Source of the DNA: Dehalococcoidia bacterium
GTDB lineage: Bacteria; Chloroflexota; Dehalococcoidia; Dehalococcoidales; BS750m-G39
Direction: 5' to 3'
Length of the DNA stretch: 52,387 nt
Assembly (NCBI GenBank): GCA_011176635.1
Contig: DUEC01000014.1
Location: 1 to 52,387, forward strand
This document shows, piece by piece, positions 43,415 through 51,801 of the stretch. A model generated the notes under the pieces. It was not told where the DNA came from. It searched no databases and saw nothing but the letters and a program-made list of their open reading frames with translations. A program made the translations under genes and the position numbers. Position 1 is the stretch's first letter. The number at the start of each line of letters is the position of its first letter.

Positions 43415-43941
43415 AACTAGCTAAACTTGGCTTAAATCAGAACCAGAGGGGTTTTGCTCTGCTGACTATGATGATAGCTCTGGCCATATCAGGCATTATC
43501 GTGACGGCGGCTACCATGACCACCTTCCAGGTGATGAACGGGAGTAACCGCACCTCCAATCACATGGTCGCCATCAGACAGGTGCAGAATGCCGGTTACT
43601 GGATAAGCTATGACGTCCAGATGTCTCAAACCGTGGAACCAGCCGCCGCACCGGACCAGGACGGGCTTCCCCTGACCCTGACCTGGAACGAGTACGCCAG
43701 CGGCATCGAGCACCAGATTGTCTACGAGCTGGTAGGCGACGAGCTCAGGCGCAGCTACTCCATCAACGGCGGGGCGCCGACGGAGTCCACCGTGGCTGAA
43801 TTCATTGTCTCCGGCACCAATTGTGAATATAGCGGCGGTGTGCTCACCTTCACCGTAGTCGCCACTGTGGGCGCCGGCTCACAGGAAATAACCGAGACCG
43901 GGATATATGAGATTATTCCCCGGCCAAGCGGGCAGAGCTAA
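43411..43941 (+). CDS. Prepilin-type minor pilin/pseudopilin
   Basis: NQRG/FALLTMMIALAISGIIV. ATGA overlap with the previous gene. Confidence 0.7.
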   Translation: MKLAKLGLNQNQRGFALLTMMIALAISGIIVTAATMTTFQVMNGSNRTSNHMVAIRQVQNAGYWISYDVQMSQTVEPAAAPDQDGLPLTLTWNEYASGIEHQIVYELVGDELRRSYSINGGAPTESTVAEFIVSGTNCEYSGGVLTFTVVATVGAGSQEITETGIYEIIPRPSGQS

Positions 43942-43963
43942 TAATTGAGCAGAGGGGAGGCTG

Positions 43964-45085
43964 ATGAAGATGAAAAGAATAATAAAGAAGATAATAAGGG
44001 GAGAGAAGGGTCAAGCGCTGATGATAACCTTGATTCTGCTCCTTCTGGGCAGTCTAATCACCGTTCCTCTTCTGGGTTTTGTGGGCACCGGGGTGGAAAC
44101 GGGTGCCGTCTATGAGGAGGACATGCTTGAGCTTTATGCCGCCGATTCCGGTATAGAGGATGCCATACAGCAGATAATAATCGGCGCCGAGGGCTTGCCC
44201 AGCGAGACCGACCCGATATGGTCATACCAGATAGCCGACGTGAACGGCAAAGAGGTATACGTTACCATAACCTATCTAGATAACGCCGCTTATAAAATCA
44301 CCTCCACAGCCGGCAACACTCAAATTACTGTCTTCATTGCCCCGTTGTACGGTGACTATGGCGGCATACTTGATAACGTCATCACCAGTCAGGGCGATTA
44401 TACATTGCAAGGTCCGACTACTGTTGAGCCCCCAGAGGGAGAAGAGCACGGACCTGTAGACAACTATGAAGGAGACTGGCCTACGCCTGAGCAACTTATC
44501 TTATTTTACTCTGAGGATGTAGAAGGTGTAGACCCCTACCCTAGCGGTACTCTGGATGTGGCCGACTATGCTGCTACTGGAATTGGGCCGCTTTATAGAG
44601 ATGGCACACTATCAATTGTAAACAGTGGGTCTGCGGGGCTAACAGTTTCACTTAATGACACTCTCTATATTACCGGCAACACCCAGATTGGGGCGACAGG
44701 ACATGATTTCACCCTCAACCTCAACGGGCAGACAATATTCGTCGAGAGTGACGAGACAGGCGGATATGCTCTTCAAATCGGGGGTAAATGCAACCTCACC
44801 GGTTCGGGAGTCATTATTGCCATTGGTAGTATTCAATTTAAACCTAATATGAGCTCCGGTCCCTCCGATTACATTCTTGTCATGTCGGTAATAGGTACGA
44901 CTTATATGCAGCCCAATGGCGATTTTTACGGCACTTTAGCCGGCTCCTCTGAAGTCTATATACAAAATGGTAGTGTCCACTGGTCACAGCCAGGCGAAGG
45001 TGGAATAAACTTCCCCGGCGAGGGTGGCAGCGGCAGCGAAGGTACTCAATACCTGATTCACTCTTGGGAGATTGGCCAACCATAG
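43964..45085 (+). CDS. PilX_N-like pilus-associated protein, paralog 1
   Basis: N-terminus MKMKRIIKKIIRGEKGQALMITLILLLLG and LYAADSGIEDAI (PilX_N-like). The second ATG (43970) is better spaced from the SD. Confidence 0.6.
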   Translation: MKMKRIIKKIIRGEKGQALMITLILLLLGSLITVPLLGFVGTGVETGAVYEEDMLELYAADSGIEDAIQQIIIGAEGLPSETDPIWSYQIADVNGKEVYVTITYLDNAAYKITSTAGNTQITVFIAPLYGDYGGILDNVITSQGDYTLQGPTTVEPPEGEEHGPVDNYEGDWPTPEQLILFYSEDVEGVDPYPSGTLDVADYAATGIGPLYRDGTLSIVNSGSAGLTVSLNDTLYITGNTQIGATGHDFTLNLNGQTIFVESDETGGYALQIGGKCNLTGSGVIIAIGSIQFKPNMSSGPSDYILVMSVIGTTYMQPNGDFYGTLAGSSEVYIQNGSVHWSQPGEGGINFPGEGGSGSEGTQYLIHSWEIGQP

Positions 45086-45106
45086 AAAGGCCGAGGGGAG
45101 GAGGCG

Positions 45107-46288
45107 ATGAAGATGAAAAGAATAGCCAAGAAGATAATAAGGGGGGAGAAGGGGCAATCACTGATTGCGGTCCTGATTCTGCTCCTCCTGGGCGGTCTGG
45201 TCACCGCTCCGGTTCTGAGTTTGGTGACCACCGGTGTGGATACGAATGCCGTCTATGAGGATGACATGAACGAGCTTTACGCCGCCGATGGCGGCATTGA
45301 GGACGCCATAAGGAATATAATAGCCGGCGCCGAGGGCTTGCCTAGCGAGAGTGACCCAATAGTGTCATACCAAATAGATGTGAATGACAAAAATGTAGAC
45401 GTTACCATAACCTACATAGATGACACCACCTATAGAATCACCTCCACCGCCACCACCGATGAAGAATCCAGCACCACCATTGAATCTTACCTTACCTCAA
45501 GCGGCGGTTCTGGCATCTTTGACAATGCCATTACCGCCCTCAACGGCGATATAACCCTTGGCGGCAACGCCCGGGTTATCTCATCGCCAACCAGCGGCGA
45601 GGGCGATATCTTCGCCAACGGTGACATTAACCTGAGTGGTAACGCCAGAGTAGAAGGCGACGGTACCGCCACCGGAGAAATCGATTTAAGCGGTAACTCC
45701 CAAATCGAGGGTGATGAGACCGAAGGCGCGACACCGGTAACTCCGCCCGATATAGACAGCGCCCCATACCTGCAGGAGGCGGAGATGGGCGGCGTCCATG
45801 AAGGTAACCTGAGCCTCAGTGGTAACGGCACTTACGACTTAGGGCCGCTGCATATTACCGGAAACCTTTCCATTTCCGGCAACCGCACGGTAACACTGGA
45901 AGGAACGGTTTATGTTGATGGCACCATCAGTATGAGCGGTAACACCCGCATCGAGGGCGGGTTTACCATTGTGGCCGATGGCAATATTGGTCTAACGGGA
46001 AATAGTAAACTCGACCTTGAGGACATCCCCTTCGTCTTTTCCACCAACGGCAACATTTCAACTACCGGCAATAACTGGACATCAGCCATAGTATACGCCC
46101 CTAACGGTCACGTCAACTTGACAGGAAACAGTAGGATATACGGGACTGTGCTCGGGCTTAGCGTTACCGGCTCGGGCAACAACAAGATTGAGTACCCCAT
46201 AGGGCTGAGCGACAGCGAGAGCCTGCCCGGCACCGGAGATGGCACCTACCAGATTCGCACCTGGGATATCAGTCACCAGCAGGAGTAG
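45107..46288 (+). CDS. PilX_N-like pilus-associated protein, paralog 2, with beta-helix-like (L/I)x(S/T)GN repeats
   Basis: Its N-terminal ~110 aa align to paralog 1. About ten copies of LSGN/LTGN/ISGN occur at ~20-aa spacing. Confidence 0.6.
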   Translation: MKMKRIAKKIIRGEKGQSLIAVLILLLLGGLVTAPVLSLVTTGVDTNAVYEDDMNELYAADGGIEDAIRNIIAGAEGLPSESDPIVSYQIDVNDKNVDVTITYIDDTTYRITSTATTDEESSTTIESYLTSSGGSGIFDNAITALNGDITLGGNARVISSPTSGEGDIFANGDINLSGNARVEGDGTATGEIDLSGNSQIEGDETEGATPVTPPDIDSAPYLQEAEMGGVHEGNLSLSGNGTYDLGPLHITGNLSISGNRTVTLEGTVYVDGTISMSGNTRIEGGFTIVADGNIGLTGNSKLDLEDIPFVFSTNGNISTTGNNWTSAIVYAPNGHVNLTGNSRIYGTVLGLSVTGSGNNKIEYPIGLSDSESLPGTGDGTYQIRTWDISHQQE

Positions 46289-46291
46289 TCG

Positions 46292-46921
46292 ATGAGGTTA
46301 AGGTTAAGTAGAACAGCTTGGTTAATTCTAGGGGGTGGTATTTTCGTTATCGTCCTGGGTATCCTTCTCTTAGGCTACGGCCGCCTCTCCGGTGAGCACG
46401 CCAATGTGGAGGGTGACCTGTCTGCAGCTCAGAATCTCCTGCCCACTGTTGTCTCTGAGAGGGAGTATTGGGAAAACCAACTGGCCCAGTTGGAAGACCA
46501 ACTGGCTGAAGGCACGTCATCGCTCAACGCCAGCAAGGCGAGATTCCCCCGAAGCGTGGATAGCATTGAATACGATGAGGAGTTATTTATCATTGCTCAC
46601 GCCCACGACCTGGAAATAGCCAGCATCACCGCCTCAGAGCCTTACCAGGAAGATATACTGGGTATTATCTACACTACCACCATTTTTGAGGTAGAGGTAA
46701 TGGCAGGGGAGCACTCCTATGTAACCTGGACCCAGGGGCACATCGACCAGGTCGTTGACAATATAGTCGGCTTCCTCAACGCTTTAGTCACCAGCGATTA
46801 CTTCGATACGGCTTCCATAGACCTGGTAAGTATAATTGCCCCGGCTGATGAAGAAGGGGAGGAAGTAACAGAGCCTTCAGCCATCATCACCCTGGTTATC
46901 TACAGTTACCAAGAGGAATAA
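46292..46921 (+). CDS. PilO-like bitopic pilus alignment protein
   Basis: N-terminal TM (AWLILGGGIFVIVLGILLLG), a coiled coil, position between the minor pilins and pilM/N. Confidence 0.5.
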   Translation: MRLRLSRTAWLILGGGIFVIVLGILLLGYGRLSGEHANVEGDLSAAQNLLPTVVSEREYWENQLAQLEDQLAEGTSSLNASKARFPRSVDSIEYDEELFIIAHAHDLEIASITASEPYQEDILGIIYTTTIFEVEVMAGEHSYVTWTQGHIDQVVDNIVGFLNALVTSDYFDTASIDLVSIIAPADEEGEEVTEPSAIITLVIYSYQEE

Positions 46922-46923
46922 TC

Positions 46924-48393
46924 ATGGCCAAGAAAGTTGTTACCTTATTTATTAGAGATGATTCCGTTAACCTGCTGATAATGGCGGGTAAACGAGTGGA
47001 AAAGTGGGCCAGCCTGCCGCTGGAGCCGGGGCTGGTCAGCCAAGGGCTCGTCGTTGAGGAAGCCCAGGTAGCTAACAAGCTTAAGGAGCTATTTAAGCTG
47101 GAAAAGATAGCCGCGGGGAGGATTATTGCCGGCTTAAGCGGCCATAACTCCGTATACCGCATAATAAACCTGCCCGAGTTGCCCGAAGCGGTACTGCCTG
47201 AGGCGGTCAAGCGTGAGGCCAAAAGGGTGATACCAGTGCCTCTGGAGGAGGTCTACCTTTCCTACCAGCCTCTTCCCCCCACCGAGGGAGAAACACGCCT
47301 TTTCCTGGCCGCTTTCCCGCGCAATGCGGCTGACGCCCTGCACCGGACGCTACACCAGGCCGGGCTTCAGCCCTACATCATGGATTTAGCTCCCCTGGCC
47401 CTGTGCCGAGCGGTGAATGAACCCAGGTCCATAATCGTAAACACCAAGTCAGACAACACCGACATTATAGTGATGACGGAGAGAATACCCCAGGTAATCC
47501 ACAGGCTATCCCTACCTGGTGAGGCTGAATCGTCAGCGGAAAGGTTATCAGCCATAGCCGAAGAGATTGACCGGACGATTACCTTCTACAATTCCAGCCA
47601 CCAGGATGCGCCCTTAGATTCAACGGTGCCCATGCTGGTCTGCGGCGACCTGGCCGGGGAACCGGAGAGTTGGGAATCGCTGGCTGGCAAGTCGGGGTGC
47701 ACCGTCTCAGTACTGCCCTCGCCCGTGGAAACCCCCGATGGCTTTAACCCCAACGGGTTTATGGTCAACATAGGGCTGGCCCTTAAGGAGCTGCTGGCCG
47801 AAAGAGGAGAGTCTAACTTTTCCCTGGTCAACCTCAACACCATGCCCGAGGTTTACCGGCCCAAGCCCGTCCGCTTACCGAACATCTTTGCCCCCGTTGC
47901 CCTAGCCGTCGGTATCAGCATACTCCTCGGCGTGGGATTCCTCGTCTTCAACACGGCTTCTCACACCGGCGTATTGCGCTCCGAACTGGAGTCCCTGGAG
48001 AGCCTTATCGCCCAGGAGACGGCGACAACAGGCTTACTGCAGAGCCAGGTTACGCTCATAGAGCCGCAGATTACGGAGGTAGAGGCTACCAGAGATATCT
48101 TTGACGGCACCTTCAACACCCTGGCCGATATTCGCATAGAGGTTAACGCCGATGTGAGCCAGATTGTAACCTCCTGCCCCACGGAGATAGGCCTGACCGG
48201 GGTTGACCACGTGATTAATAGCGCCACCGTAGGCGGCGTGTCCCCGACCGAGCACAGCATCTTCGTATACGCCAGAAGTCTAAGAGCCAGCGGACGGTTT
48301 TCCACGGTGACTATCTCCTCCATAGAAGCTATAGAGGAAGAGGGGGAGGTCACCGGCTTTGAATTTGAGATTCTCCTGGGACCCAAGGAATAA
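46924..48393 (+). CDS. pilM: PilM (actin-like ATPase fold) fused to a PilN-like TM + periplasmic domain
   Basis: PilM-like N-terminal ~310 aa, TM IFAPVALAVGISILLGVGFLVF, then a coiled coil and a PilN-like C-terminus. Confidence 0.7.
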   Translation: MAKKVVTLFIRDDSVNLLIMAGKRVEKWASLPLEPGLVSQGLVVEEAQVANKLKELFKLEKIAAGRIIAGLSGHNSVYRIINLPELPEAVLPEAVKREAKRVIPVPLEEVYLSYQPLPPTEGETRLFLAAFPRNAADALHRTLHQAGLQPYIMDLAPLALCRAVNEPRSIIVNTKSDNTDIIVMTERIPQVIHRLSLPGEAESSAERLSAIAEEIDRTITFYNSSHQDAPLDSTVPMLVCGDLAGEPESWESLAGKSGCTVSVLPSPVETPDGFNPNGFMVNIGLALKELLAERGESNFSLVNLNTMPEVYRPKPVRLPNIFAPVALAVGISILLGVGFLVFNTASHTGVLRSELESLESLIAQETATTGLLQSQVTLIEPQITEVEATRDIFDGTFNTLADIRIEVNADVSQIVTSCPTEIGLTGVDHVINSATVGGVSPTEHSIFVYARSLRASGRFSTVTISSIEAIEEEGEVTGFEFEILLGPKE

Positions 48394-48398
48394 GAGAA

Positions 48399-49469
48399 GT
48401 GGATATTTTGGCTTTACTTCATACAGCCAAGTCAAAGGCGGCCTCGGACGTGCACCTGGTTGTCTCCAGTCCGCCGCTGCTGCGCATTGACGGCTCGCTA
48501 ACGCCGGTGGACAGCACCGCGCCGCTCAGTGAGGACGATATAAGCCAGGCTTTCAACCAGATAACCACCGCCGAGCAAAGGGAGGACTTCAACAAGAACC
48601 TGGAGCTCGATTTTAGCTACGTCCTGCCCGATATCGGTCACGTGCGCTGCAACGCCGCTCAACAGCGCGGGGCTATCAGCCTTGCCCTGCGCCTTTTGCC
48701 CCCGGAAGTCCCCACCATAGATGAGATGGAGCTGCCGGCGATATGCAAGGAGCTGGCCATGAAGCCGAGGGGGCTGGTAATAGTTACCGGACCTACCGGC
48801 AGCGGTAAGAGCACCACCCTGGCGGCTATGATTAACCACCTGAATACCAATGAAAGCCGCCATATAGTCACTATTGAAGACCCCATAGAATACGTATACA
48901 CCAGTAAAAAGTGCGCAATAACCCAGCGCCAGTTAGGCAGCGATACCGTATCCTTTGCCGCCGCCTTAAAGCACGTCCTGAGGCAGGACCCCGATGTGAT
49001 TCTGGTGGGAGAGATGAGGGACCTGGATACGGCAGCGGCGGCGCTTACCATAGCCGAGACCGGCCACCTGGTATTAACCACCGGTCATGCCCCCAGCGCC
49101 ACTCAAGCCATGGAGAGAGTAATAGACCTGTTCCCCCCCGATGAGCGTCACCTGGCCCAGACGCGGTTAGCTTCTCTGCTGATTGCTGTGCTATGTCAGG
49201 TGCTCGTCCCCCGGGCTAACGGCTCGGGCAGGACAGTCGCCGTTGAGATTATGCTGGCTAATCCACCGGTGAGAAACCTCATCCGTGAGGGCAAAATCTA
49301 CCAGCTGCCCAATGTAATCCGCACTCACCGGGAAATAGGCATGATCTCACTGGATGAAGCCCTGGTCAACCTCTATCTTAAAAAGACCATCACCGGTGAA
49401 GTCCTGCTCGCTACCTGCAACGACCGCCAGGAAGTAGAAAAGCTCATCGGCAAGGTCGAGGTCAAATAA
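48399..49469 (+). CDS. pilT: PilT-type retraction ATPase (GTG start)
   Basis: DILALLHTAKSKAASDVHL, Walker A GPTGSGKSTT, AALKHVLRQDPDVILVGEMRD, GHLVLTTGH. Confidence 0.9.
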   Translation: MDILALLHTAKSKAASDVHLVVSSPPLLRIDGSLTPVDSTAPLSEDDISQAFNQITTAEQREDFNKNLELDFSYVLPDIGHVRCNAAQQRGAISLALRLLPPEVPTIDEMELPAICKELAMKPRGLVIVTGPTGSGKSTTLAAMINHLNTNESRHIVTIEDPIEYVYTSKKCAITQRQLGSDTVSFAAALKHVLRQDPDVILVGEMRDLDTAAAALTIAETGHLVLTTGHAPSATQAMERVIDLFPPDERHLAQTRLASLLIAVLCQVLVPRANGSGRTVAVEIMLANPPVRNLIREGKIYQLPNVIRTHREIGMISLDEALVNLYLKKTITGEVLLATCNDRQEVEKLIGKVEVK

Positions 49470-49694
49470 CCTCTTAAATCTTTAAAAGCCCTCCCCCTAA
49501 TAATTACCCCCCGCTAAACGGCCTTCTTCCCCCATGGCGACAAGCCGATAATAACAGAAAAGCTCATTGGCAAGGCCTTAAAAGATAACCTCACCAATAA
49601 GCTTTTCTAACTTGCTTTTGCTATCAGCCAGGGCTTCGAAGCCCTCTAGCTATGATTACAAATGAGTGCCTTGGCTAGTTCAGATGGCTAGGAT

Positions 49695-50057
49695 TTACTC
49701 AGCTACTGCTGGACAAGGTGAAGACTGCGTTACGGTGCAGTTAGGATAAGTGCCACCAAAGGTGTAGCCGCCCATTAACTCGCTCATGGGGCTCTCAAAG
49801 TAAACAGCCAGCTGAGTTAAATAGTCAGCAGTAGTGGGGCAGGCTTGATTCTCGGCAACATAGGCCATGGTAGCAGTTGCCATCATTCGGTCTTCAATGT
49901 CACACGCCTCATCTTGGCCCTGACCGAAGAAACGGCCAAAGTTAGGCACCACTATTGCCGCCAGGATACCGAGGATAGCAATCACCACCAGCAACTCAAT
50001 CAGGGTGAACCCCTTCTCGCCATAGCGAAAGCTCTTGAATAACCGCTTTAGTCTCAT
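49695..50057 (-). CDS. pilA: Type IV major pilin (prepilin with 16-aa leader)
   Basis: MRLKRLFKSFRYGEKG/FTLIELLVVIAILGILAAIV is a canonical G/FTLIE site. Four Cys in the C-terminal half. Strong SD GGGAGGTG. Confidence 0.85.
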   Translation of the reverse strand: MRLKRLFKSFRYGEKGFTLIELLVVIAILGILAAIVVPNFGRFFGQGQDEACDIEDRMMATATMAYVAENQACPTTADYLTQLAVYFESPMSELMGGYTFGGTYPNCTVTQSSPCPAVAE

Positions 50058-50120
50058 TTGTCACCTCCCTTCTCTTGGTTATTTAGACTCAATTTAGCCT
50101 AACTATTGTTAGGTATGTTC

Positions 50121-50149
50121 ATGATATAATCTGCCCCTTTTAGGGTCAA
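50121..50149 (-). promoter_or_regulatory. Candidate pilin promoter (TTGACC-17-TATCAT)
   Basis: On the minus strand, -35 is at 50144-50149 and -10 at 50121-50126. It is overlapped and flanked by the repeat motif below. Confidence 0.4.
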
Positions 50150-50250
50150 TAGTCCGTTAGTAACGGTTAGCGGCGATAACGTATAGTCATATGGGGCTAA
50201 TAATGGGAGGCTTTTGCTGTCAGTAGTCCGATAGTAATGGTTGGAGGGCG
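50146..50250. repeat. Two ~30-bp imperfect direct repeats 74 bp apart (TCARTAGTCCGWTAGTAAYGGTT..)
   Basis: 50146-50175 versus 50220-50250 match at 21 of the first 25 positions. The core CCGATAGTAA recurs at 51720-51729. Confidence 0.5.
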
Positions 50251-50298
50251 TTAAAAAGGGCTGAAAATAGCGTTTTAAGGAGGGGCTAGCCAGAGGGC

Positions 50299-51672
50299 TT
50301 ATAATTCCTTGGCTTCAAAGACCTTGATTCTCTGCCTCTGGGCGAACTGGTTGGCTTCCTTGGCCAGGCCGGGAACGGCGATGAAGACCTTGTCCATGAT
50401 GCCTATATCATAGGCCTTATTATCAAAAGCGAATACCTTGTCCAGTCCCACCGCTCCCCTGGCCGCCTCGGTGCCGATGGCGATATCATGGACAACAATG
50501 CCGTCATCCCTGGTAGCCAGTATATCTATTTCATGAGTCGCCCCGGAGCGGCCGCTAACCTTAGCCTTCTCCTTCACCTCGTAGCCGCACCGCTTCAAGT
50601 ATTCTATGAGCTGGGCTTTGGACTTAACGGCAAAGGGCTCTTTGGGCGCTTCCACGGCGGGCTTGGCGGCACTGCTGGCCAGCACTGTCTCCAGGCTCTT
50701 AATCTCGAGCACCTTTATCCTCTGCTGGCTGGCAAACTTCTCGGCTTCCTTGGTCAACCCGGGGAGGACGACCAGGACTTTATCATGAATGCCGATATCA
50801 TAGACCTTATCATCAAAGTCACACACCTCCCCCAGCTCTATCGCCTCGCCGGCTACCTTAATGCCGATGGCAATATCATGGACAACGATGCCGTCGTCCT
50901 TGGTAGCCATTATATCTATGCTGTGCTCCGCCCCGGAACGGCCCTTGACGACGGCGTCTTCCTTTACTTCGTAGCCGAGCCGCTTCAGAGATTGTATGAG
51001 CTGTGCTTTGGGCTTGGCCTCAAACTCCAGCCAGCCCCTCTTTGCCTCGTTAAAACTATAAGAATAGATAATTACCTCTTCAATTCTATCCTGGGGGGTG
51101 AGGGCATCGCACTTCAGGCAGCGCCATTGTATCTCCGGCTGGCTGAATATCTCGGAGCAATCGTAGCACTTGCACATCAAGCCCAGGCTCTGGTAGTCAC
51201 CGCCGCCGATGCGCAGTTCCACACCGCACCGTGGGCAGATATAGCCCTCACCGGAAACAAACTCGTCCTCCAGCCCGCCGAACTTGCAGGAGAGGTGCTC
51301 AAAGACGCGGCCCCGGGCAAAGTTCCCCGAGCCGCATTGGGGACAACAGCTGTAGGGTCTTATATTCACCGAGCGGCACTGGGGGCAGCGGAGCAGTCTA
51401 TCAAAGAAGTTTCTTACCAGCGTGTCCTTAGAAACTAAGGATTCCAGAATCGATAATACTTCCCTGCCCTTGACCTTTAAGGCTTGCTCCACCACCGGGT
51501 AGCTGAAGCCCAGCTCGCTGGTGAAATCAAGCTCCGGTCTAATGTCAACAATCCTCCCCGCCAGCAGCTCGGCCACCAGTTTCTTCACCCCTTCATTCCC
51601 TACCCCGCTGGCGGCTGGTGGGATTTCGGCTGCCCTGGGATTATCGCCTGTCGGCTGGCTCACTTCTGCCAT
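50299..51672 (-). CDS. Multi-zinc-ribbon protein carrying two copies of the same ~105-aa Mrr-like module found in PilB
   Basis: CxxC pairs at residues 96/99, 110/113, 146/149, 169/172 and 185/188. Modules at residues ~221-328 and ~350-457 (KGRSGAEHSIDIMA.. / SGRSGATHEIDILA..). Confidence 0.7.
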   Translation of the reverse strand: MAEVSQPTGDNPRAAEIPPAASGVGNEGVKKLVAELLAGRIVDIRPELDFTSELGFSYPVVEQALKVKGREVLSILESLVSKDTLVRNFFDRLLRCPQCRSVNIRPYSCCPQCGSGNFARGRVFEHLSCKFGGLEDEFVSGEGYICPRCGVELRIGGGDYQSLGLMCKCYDCSEIFSQPEIQWRCLKCDALTPQDRIEEVIIYSYSFNEAKRGWLEFEAKPKAQLIQSLKRLGYEVKEDAVVKGRSGAEHSIDIMATKDDGIVVHDIAIGIKVAGEAIELGEVCDFDDKVYDIGIHDKVLVVLPGLTKEAEKFASQQRIKVLEIKSLETVLASSAAKPAVEAPKEPFAVKSKAQLIEYLKRCGYEVKEKAKVSGRSGATHEIDILATRDDGIVVHDIAIGTEAARGAVGLDKVFAFDNKAYDIGIMDKVFIAVPGLAKEANQFAQRQRIKVFEAKEL

Positions 51673-51707
51673 TTTACGGCTCCAAACAACTTAAGCAGTT
51701 AAAGCCC

Positions 51708-51736
51708 AGTATAGTTTGACCGATAGTAAAAGTCAA
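51708..51736 (-). promoter_or_regulatory. Promoter of the zinc-ribbon/module gene (TTGACT-17-TATACT)
   Basis: On the minus strand, -35 is at 51731-51736 and -10 at 51708-51713. The spacer contains TTACTATCGG, the reverse complement of the CCGATAGTAA motif. Confidence 0.5.
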
Positions 51737-51801
51737 TATTACTTTCCTACTGCCTGGCTGTATTGACTTTAGCCGCCGAAGCGTAGAAAATAGAGAGCGT
51801 A

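Noticed and set aside
49630-49645. 16-nt perfect palindrome between pilT and the pilin gene as a bidirectional intrinsic terminator
   Set aside because: The stem is only ~6 bp with a 4-nt loop, and no U-tract follows on either strand. That is too weak to call, so it is only mentioned under the pilT duplication finding.
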